From the NCBI GenBank assembly GCA_964433085.1, contig CAYSQB010000004.1, positions 1 through 51,301 on the forward strand: a DNA stretch of 51,301 nt. Direction: 5' to 3'. The notes beneath the pieces were generated by a model, which was not told the DNA's origin, did not search any database, and saw nothing but the letters and a program-made list of their open reading frames with translations. Source of the stretch: an uncultured bacterium. GTDB lineage: Bacteria > Fidelibacterota > Marinisomatia > Marinisomatales > AB-629-J13. Positions 45,791 to 51,301 of the stretch are shown in pieces. Every line of letters starts with the position of its first letter. The first letter of the stretch is position 1. The translations under genes and the position numbers were made by a program.

Positions 45791-46865
45791 TTTGATAGGC
45801 GCTCACTCCCGCGCCTATTATCGGTGCGTGTAGAAGTTTTGACAGAGAGAGCAGGTTTTTTTGTAGATAATATTTTTTTGTTGTTTGGTTCAAAACCTGT
45901 GAATCTCTAATCTGTTTTTTCACAGATAATTTAATTTCCACGAAAAGTTCTGGGATTTTTTCTATTAGCTGAGCCAAACGCAACCCCAATATTATTCTGT
46001 TGAAAGTGGTGGTTGGTTTTTTTTCAAATAGTTTTTCAACTCTCTGAAAAATAAGCCACGCCACTGTATATACAAAATCAGTTCTGATCTCAACGGCATC
46101 ATCCTCTTTGATAAATAGTTCTGGATATATTTCTTCTTTCTCTAGTCGCTGAAAAGAGATGCCGGTTTTTTTGCTGTACTGCATCATCATTCCTTTGTGA
46201 CTGATTATTTTTTCAATTGGGATTCCATTTTCGTTTTTTAACTGCCATGACTTAGGCATCCACGTACCAATGTTATCAAACGGAATGATTTTTCCATCAA
46301 GCAGTATAGCATCAGCTATGCCTGTACCTGTACCAATATATAAAGCATTTTCAACTTCTCTAAATGAACCGTTTTTTCCATAGAGCTCTCCCAATCCACA
46401 GAGGTCACTGTCATTTTCTAATTTCTGTATGGAATCAAAATTGAGCTCAGTCAACCTTAAACGGTGTTCTAATACATCAAGGAATCTTGGAGATCGTGGG
46501 CCATTATTTGTGACCATGATTCCCTTTTGGTCAGGTGATTTTAAACCGGGCATTCCAATGCCCAAAAGATATTTGTTTCCACTATTCGTTTTAGCCAGTT
46601 TATTAATAACACTTTCACAACATTCCAAAATTGTTTGTCCCTGTTTTACCTCTTCAGTTTGAAGTAGAGGGTTATCCTTTTGGGTGAGCTGTAGGTCAAG
46701 ATCAACTGGCTGAAAATTTCTATTGTTCAGAGGGCTCTCAGAGTAGGTTAGGGTTTGTACATCTCCATCTATTGAAAATGTGGTCTCGTTTAATTGTTTA
46801 ACAATTCCCCCGGAAATCTTGGTAGCTCCTCCGTCTATACCAATAGCAGTTGCTTTTTTTTTCAT
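45783..46865 (-). CDS. ASKHA-fold sugar kinase, BadF/BadG/BcrA/BcrD (GlcNAc/MurNAc kinase-like) type
   Basis: AIGIDGGATK phosphate-1 motif and YIGTGTGIA phosphate-2 motif. ATGA overlap with nagZ and 8-nt overlap with the SpoIID-like gene. Confidence 0.65.
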   Translation of the reverse strand: MKKKATAIGIDGGATKISGGIVKQLNETTFSIDGDVQTLTYSESPLNNRNFQPVDLDLQLTQKDNPLLQTEEVKQGQTILECCESVINKLAKTNSGNKYLLGIGMPGLKSPDQKGIMVTNNGPRSPRFLDVLEHRLRLTELNFDSIQKLENDSDLCGLGELYGKNGSFREVENALYIGTGTGIADAILLDGKIIPFDNIGTWMPKSWQLKNENGIPIEKIISHKGMMMQYSKKTGISFQRLEKEEIYPELFIKEDDAVEIRTDFVYTVAWLIFQRVEKLFEKKPTTTFNRIILGLRLAQLIEKIPELFVEIKLSVKKQIRDSQVLNQTTKKYYLQKNLLSLSKLLHAPIIGAGVSAYQNA

Positions 46866-47923
46866 GCGATCATTGATTTCATGTTTAAGATACGACGGTA
46901 TGATTCTTCTATCCTCTCTGAGGAGACTCTCCCCTTATCAACCAGTGAAATAATAGTTTCAATAGAGTTTGGGATTAAATTTTCCCGATAGGGAATCAAA
47001 TTATTTCCTAAACAAATGATATCAATTCCAGCGTTGATCATTAATTCCAGAGTTTCCTCCCAACTGTAGTGATCAGAAATTGCTTTCATTACCGGATCAT
47101 CAGATATAATAACCCCATCAAATCCCATTTTTTTCCGTAACAAACCATCAATTATTTTTTTTGATAATGTTGCGGGATAGTTTTTATCAAGTGACCTGAT
47201 GAGCACATGACCTGTCATGATTATTTTTAAATGATCTGATCGTATCAATTCTTCATATGGGTAGAGCTCAGACCTGTGCCAGGAATCAGAGATATCCGTT
47301 AGTTCGTCATGGGCATCCTGAAGTGCGCTTCCTTGGCCCGGGAAATGTTTACCTGAACATGCAATTTGTTTTTTCTGGTGTTCTTCAATAAAAGTACGTG
47401 AATGTTTTAATATTTGTTCAGGGTCGTCAGAAATACAACGTCCCTCTTTTCCGATGATTGAATCACTATTTTTTTGGATATCAAGAACGGGAGCTAAATT
47501 CAGGTTGATACCGCACGTACGGAGTGTGTCTGAAACGAGCAAAGAAAATGCTTTGGTTTTTTCGGTGTCATTCAATTTTCCAATTTCATGCCATGATGAA
47601 AATTCCGGAAAACCATATTCTGGTGTAAGCCGATTAACGATTCCACCCTCCTGATCCACAGCAATAAATAATGGGATGTCTGCAATATTTTGCAGATTCT
47701 CGGTCAATCGTTTCACCTGCTCCGGGGATTCGATATTTCGTTTTCCTGGAGGAGATTGAGTCATCTCCAGATCATAGAGGAGGACACCACCGATGTTGTA
47801 TGACCTTATCCAATCATACACTTCACATTTTCCAGAAATAATTTTACCCTTAAATCCCCCTAAGATCATTTGTCCCACCATGTCTCGAAGTGGACCGGAC
47901 TTTTTTAATTTAGAGGGTATCAT
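46862..47923 (-). CDS. nagZ: GH3 beta-N-acetylhexosaminidase (NagZ-like), cytoplasmic
   Basis: VDQEGGIVNRL, NLAPVLD, KHFPGQGSALQDAHDEL (KHFPGHG..D-x-H), and FDGVIISDD. No signal peptide. Confidence 0.85.
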   Translation of the reverse strand: MIPSKLKKSGPLRDMVGQMILGGFKGKIISGKCEVYDWIRSYNIGGVLLYDLEMTQSPPGKRNIESPEQVKRLTENLQNIADIPLFIAVDQEGGIVNRLTPEYGFPEFSSWHEIGKLNDTEKTKAFSLLVSDTLRTCGINLNLAPVLDIQKNSDSIIGKEGRCISDDPEQILKHSRTFIEEHQKKQIACSGKHFPGQGSALQDAHDELTDISDSWHRSELYPYEELIRSDHLKIIMTGHVLIRSLDKNYPATLSKKIIDGLLRKKMGFDGVIISDDPVMKAISDHYSWEETLELMINAGIDIICLGNNLIPYRENLIPNSIETIISLVDKGRVSSERIEESYRRILNMKSMIA

Positions 47924-47991
47924 ACTGAATAAAATTAACCAAATAATTGTATTTCAGATTTAACTTTCCTCCTGAATGAAAATGAAAAAAG

Positions 47992-48813
47992 ATGCATCAT
48001 AAATCAAAATCCATTTTTATTATATTATTGTTTATCACTGGTTGCCAAGATCACTGGAGCTGGATTGATACACTGCCAAAGCCCTGGACCCTCACGAACG
48101 CTGAGGTATCTGAGATATTGCCTGAATTTCATTCCCGATTCCCTGATTTTAATTATAGGCTGAAAGCCTTTTCCCTTTGGCAAGTGGGGAAGCCATACGA
48201 AATATTTAAATTGGGGGAGGAAAAAGATCCGGACCCGGACCCTATTATCCGGCTCGATGTTTCGGATTGTACAGTTCATGTGTTGACAAGCTTGGCATTT
48301 GCTCAGAGTGACTCATGGGAAAAAGCAAAAGATATTATGATTCGTCTCCACTACAAAGACCATCAGCCGGATTTCACAACACGATGGCATTTTACGTCCG
48401 ACCGAATTTTATCTAACCCAAGCACCACCGATATTACCAAAACACTTTTACCTATTGAAAATCTTAAAAGGGCAAACGTAACATTGAATCAAAAAGAAAA
48501 TGGAGGAGAATTATTAGATCTAAATTGGGAGAGGGAAGTGGGAGCTTATTACATTCCCAATAGCGAGCTTGGACCAAATCTTCTTGATAGATTACCGGGA
48601 GTGTGTGGGGCTGCATTTGTGAAAAATTCCTTGTTTGAGTTGGGAATAATCATTGGTCATGAGGGAATCCTAATTGATAATCAATTTCTGGTTCATGCAT
48701 CTTCCACTGAGGGGGAGACCGTAAAAATAGATTTTTTAAGCTATTATTTTTCTGAACCGGAAGGAATATTTGATGGGGTGATGTTTTATGAATTCAGGCC
48801 GATGAATCCATGA
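47992..48813 (+). CDS. DUF1460 (NlpC/P60-type amidase-like) lipoprotein
   Basis: Lipobox LFITGC. GKPYEIFKLGE...IIRLDVSDCTVHVLTSLAFAQ and IIGHEGILIDNQFLVHASS resemble the DUF1460 Cys/His regions. Confidence 0.6.
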   Translation: MHHKSKSIFIILLFITGCQDHWSWIDTLPKPWTLTNAEVSEILPEFHSRFPDFNYRLKAFSLWQVGKPYEIFKLGEEKDPDPDPIIRLDVSDCTVHVLTSLAFAQSDSWEKAKDIMIRLHYKDHQPDFTTRWHFTSDRILSNPSTTDITKTLLPIENLKRANVTLNQKENGGELLDLNWEREVGAYYIPNSELGPNLLDRLPGVCGAAFVKNSLFELGIIIGHEGILIDNQFLVHASSTEGETVKIDFLSYYFSEPEGIFDGVMFYEFRPMNP

Positions 48814-48842
48814 TAAGATCCACAGATGGGATTAACGATTAT

Positions 48843-49907
48843 TTATCTTTTAGAATGTAGGTCTTTAAAAAAATTAAATCTACCAAACCAATAAGCTGGC
48901 TGTTTACTGGTTAATTGTCTTCGTTTTCCAGCGCTTGACTTTGTAAACGCCATTGTGGAAGTCAAACCCAAATCAGTGATTGAATTTTCAGTCAATCCGA
49001 AATTCAATTCAAATTGTTCGAAGCACTCAGCCTCATCATAATAGCTCTCACATGGATTCTTTTCCTGTGAGAAGGTTAGGGTGTCAGACTCTAAAGAATA
49101 TAAGATGCTGAGGGTATCTGTAACGGTTTCCCCTGTTTCAAAATTATCATATGTCTCGATTATTTTGATGACATTTTCACTTGTATCTGTCACTTCCCAG
49201 GTCCCCTCTGCCTCATCAGGGACTCCACTGCCATCATCTGTTAAACGAAAATATTCTCCACCTGGATTCAAAATGATAGTGGTTGTGGTTTGGGCAAACG
49301 ATAGGGGCACGGATACCGGATTGTCAGCAAAGAGTTGCGTTGATTCAATGTTGATGGTTCCACCTAGCGTCACGGTTTGAGTAGAATCAGTGTTGAATAA
49401 AATTTGTTCAGATAATGTTAAGCTGTAATCCAGCGGATTGAATGTGAAACCAATAAAATTGCTAAAATCTTCACTATCACCAGAGTTGTTTTGAGATATT
49501 GAATAAACGGCGGCACCTGAATCAGCTACCTCATAATAAACAATGACCAACTCATGGAGAGGGTATAACTCACCACCAATAGATTGATTTTGAGCCAATA
49601 TTATATTTGTATCTCCCAAACTTGCCTGAAGATATTTTAATGAGGTGGCTGCCCCCACTGAAAATTGTGCGACCAAAGAATCTTCACTTGGGGTTAAAAA
49701 ATCAACAGCTAACTGGTCGGTATCTGAGGTGATATTAAAATCAAAATTGACATTTTCTTGTTGCCACTCTGCTGTAATATTATAGGGCCATCGAGAGTCC
49801 TCTTCTGCTAATGGTTCACACTGATAATACTCTTTGCTGCAACTGTTTAAGGTGAGCGTGATGCCAGCACAGAGGATCAAGAATTGAGTTAGAGTTTTCA
49901 TATTCAT
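48843..49907 (-). CDS. hypothetical lipoprotein (354 aa)
   Basis: Signal/lipobox ILCAGITLTLNSC. Thr/Ser/Asp-rich and no family recognised. Confidence 0.55.
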   Translation of the reverse strand: MNMKTLTQFLILCAGITLTLNSCSKEYYQCEPLAEEDSRWPYNITAEWQQENVNFDFNITSDTDQLAVDFLTPSEDSLVAQFSVGAATSLKYLQASLGDTNIILAQNQSIGGELYPLHELVIVYYEVADSGAAVYSISQNNSGDSEDFSNFIGFTFNPLDYSLTLSEQILFNTDSTQTVTLGGTINIESTQLFADNPVSVPLSFAQTTTTIILNPGGEYFRLTDDGSGVPDEAEGTWEVTDTSENVIKIIETYDNFETGETVTDTLSILYSLESDTLTFSQEKNPCESYYDEAECFEQFELNFGLTENSITDLGLTSTMAFTKSSAGKRRQLTSKQPAYWFGRFNFFKDLHSKR

Positions 49908-50063
49908 GCGTAATACAAACGGAAATATACAAAAGGATTTTTTTTCAATGCATTGATTTATTCCACTTTAATATATTATATCATTTTTGACCAGGGGAGT
50001 GTTTAATAACTTTAATATTGTTAATTTTACAGATGGTTATTTTGGAAAATATCCTTTTTTAAT

Positions 50064-51053
50064 ATGAACAAAGATTCGCTGGTCGGTTTACATAAGATTG
50101 CCGAGTCCACTCTCGTAAAAGAGGCAAAGGAAATTGAAAGTGCTTCAAAGAGAATTGGACCTGCCGTGGTTGAAACGGCAGAGATAATCCTCAATCACGA
50201 AGGGAAAGTTGTTATATGTGGTTTGGGAAAGTCTGGGTTGATAGGGCAGAAAATTGTTGCTACACTATGCAGTACCGGAATTCAGGCGGTCTTTTTGCAT
50301 GCAGCAGAAGCATTACATGGTGATCTGGGGATTTATCATCCCGGAGACCCAACCATTCTTATTTCAAAAAGTGGAGCAACCGAAGAGCTCCGCAGGCTTA
50401 TTCCCCGTTTGCGTGAGTTTAATTCGCCTCTGATTGGGTTGGTAGGGAATGTTCATTCTCCCGTTTCAAATGAGGTGGATATTGTCCTGGATGCCACTGT
50501 TTCTACAGAAGCTGATCCGCTGGGAGTGGTTCCCACATCCAGCACTACCTTAACCCTGGCCATTGGGGATGCTCTTACCACTGTATTAATGGCAATGCGG
50601 GAGTTTAGGCATGAAGATTTTGTACGGCTTCATCCCGGTGGGGAATTGGGAAAACGCTTGGGATTAAGGATTGAGGATGTAATGCATTCACTTGACGATG
50701 CTGTGACAGTATCTCTTGATCAGGGTATCATCGAAATAACAAAATTGATGACAGAAAATCCTTTGGGCGCCGCATTGGTTCTGGATAATGATAATCGTCT
50801 GTTGGGAATAATCACGGATGGTGATATTCGCAGATGCCTATCAATGAACAGGGATTTTAATTCTATAAAACTCTCTGATATCATGAATAAGGCCCCTGTT
50901 TCTGTCCCTGTTCAGGCATCCCTGGATGAAGCCATGAAGATGATGGAGGATCGCCCATCACAAATATCTGTATTACCGGTCATAGATCTTACCAAAAATG
51001 TGTGCTTGGGTTTGTTGCGTCTTCATGATATCTATCAATCTAAGTTGTATTAA
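50064..51053 (+). CDS. kdsD: arabinose-5-phosphate isomerase (KpsF/GutQ/KdsD; SIS + 2 CBS)
   Basis: GKVVICGLGKSGLIGQKIVATLCSTG...HGDLG..., ISKSG.T.EL, then tandem CBS domains. Confidence 0.9.
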   Translation: MNKDSLVGLHKIAESTLVKEAKEIESASKRIGPAVVETAEIILNHEGKVVICGLGKSGLIGQKIVATLCSTGIQAVFLHAAEALHGDLGIYHPGDPTILISKSGATEELRRLIPRLREFNSPLIGLVGNVHSPVSNEVDIVLDATVSTEADPLGVVPTSSTTLTLAIGDALTTVLMAMREFRHEDFVRLHPGGELGKRLGLRIEDVMHSLDDAVTVSLDQGIIEITKLMTENPLGAALVLDNDNRLLGIITDGDIRRCLSMNRDFNSIKLSDIMNKAPVSVPVQASLDEAMKMMEDRPSQISVLPVIDLTKNVCLGLLRLHDIYQSKLY

Positions 51054-51188
51054 CAGTTTGCAGCTTATTCAATAATTTAGTTTTAACCTTTTTAGTGGGA
51101 ATGAGAGAGAGAATTAGATTGTCCAATCAGTGGTTGTTTTTGTCAACGCTATAGTTATTAATTAGAACACTTTATTTCTGGAGGCTCG

Positions 51189-51301
51189 ATGCGATTTAGT
51201 AACCCACTATTGATTTCAATACTCTTCATTTATCAAATTGCTGTTTCCCAGTTCACACTTCAGGAGAGTGATCTGGACAAGACATTGATCCAGTTCACCC
51301 A
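51189..51301 (+). CDS. 5' end of a secreted protein, 3'-truncated by the window edge
   Basis: ATG at 51189. MRFSNPLLISILFIYQIAVS|QFTLQ... is signal-peptide-like and the frame is open to the end of the window. Confidence 0.4.
   Translation, partial: MRFSNPLLISILFIYQIAVSQFTLQESDLDKTLIQFT

Overview
51.3-kb, gene-dense, AT-rich chromosomal window with about 50 CDS on both strands and many 1-17 nt gene overlaps. I see no rRNA, tRNA, CRISPR array, transposase/integrase, prophage or recognisable defence genes. Lineage is inference only. It looks like an uncultivated FCB-superphylum bacterium: it has a Por/T9SS-type C-terminal sorting domain, a CarboxypepD_reg-type TonB receptor, and Gln at +1 of predicted signal-peptide cleavage sites. 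It still uses GGAGG Shine-Dalgarno sites. Left third, + strand: queC (partial)-queE-queD-cupin, an M50 protease with a beta-propeller exoprotein, queG, elbB. Then on the - strand: M16 peptidase, rpmA-rplU, RNase E/G. Middle: TPMT-type methyltransferase, cysQ-like, thyX, a two-subunit 2-oxoacid:ferredoxin oxidoreductase, glutaryl-CoA dehydrogenase, a Tat-exported glycosylasparaginase, a CDF transporter, a dockerin protein, the methylmalonyl-CoA mutase catalytic subunit, a DjlA-like co-chaperone and a block of conserved hypotheticals. Right half: a 1399-aa TonB-dependent receptor and a 967-aa T9SS cargo protein, etfB-etfA-ETF:quinone oxidoreductase, and a fused AccA-AccD carboxyltransferase. These are followed by a six-gene tightly coupled operon (nagZ, sugar kinase, SpoIID-like, SSS permease, SDR, VOC) with a divergent DUF1460 lipoprotein, another lipoprotein and kdsD. 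Best candidates for something new: (i) the nagZ-to-VOC operon as a non-canonical cell-wall/amino-sugar salvage system, whose signal-less SpoIID-like gene carries a unique C9...G9 homopolymer pair. (ii) The T9SS cargo plus calcium-loop-studded giant TonB receptor pair downstream of a perfect TGTGA-N6-TCACA site. (iii) Unusual fusions (AccA-AccD, OFOR beta-gamma) and a Cys-to-Ser C15-like dockerin protein. All family calls are motif recognition by eye; no searches or computations were run.
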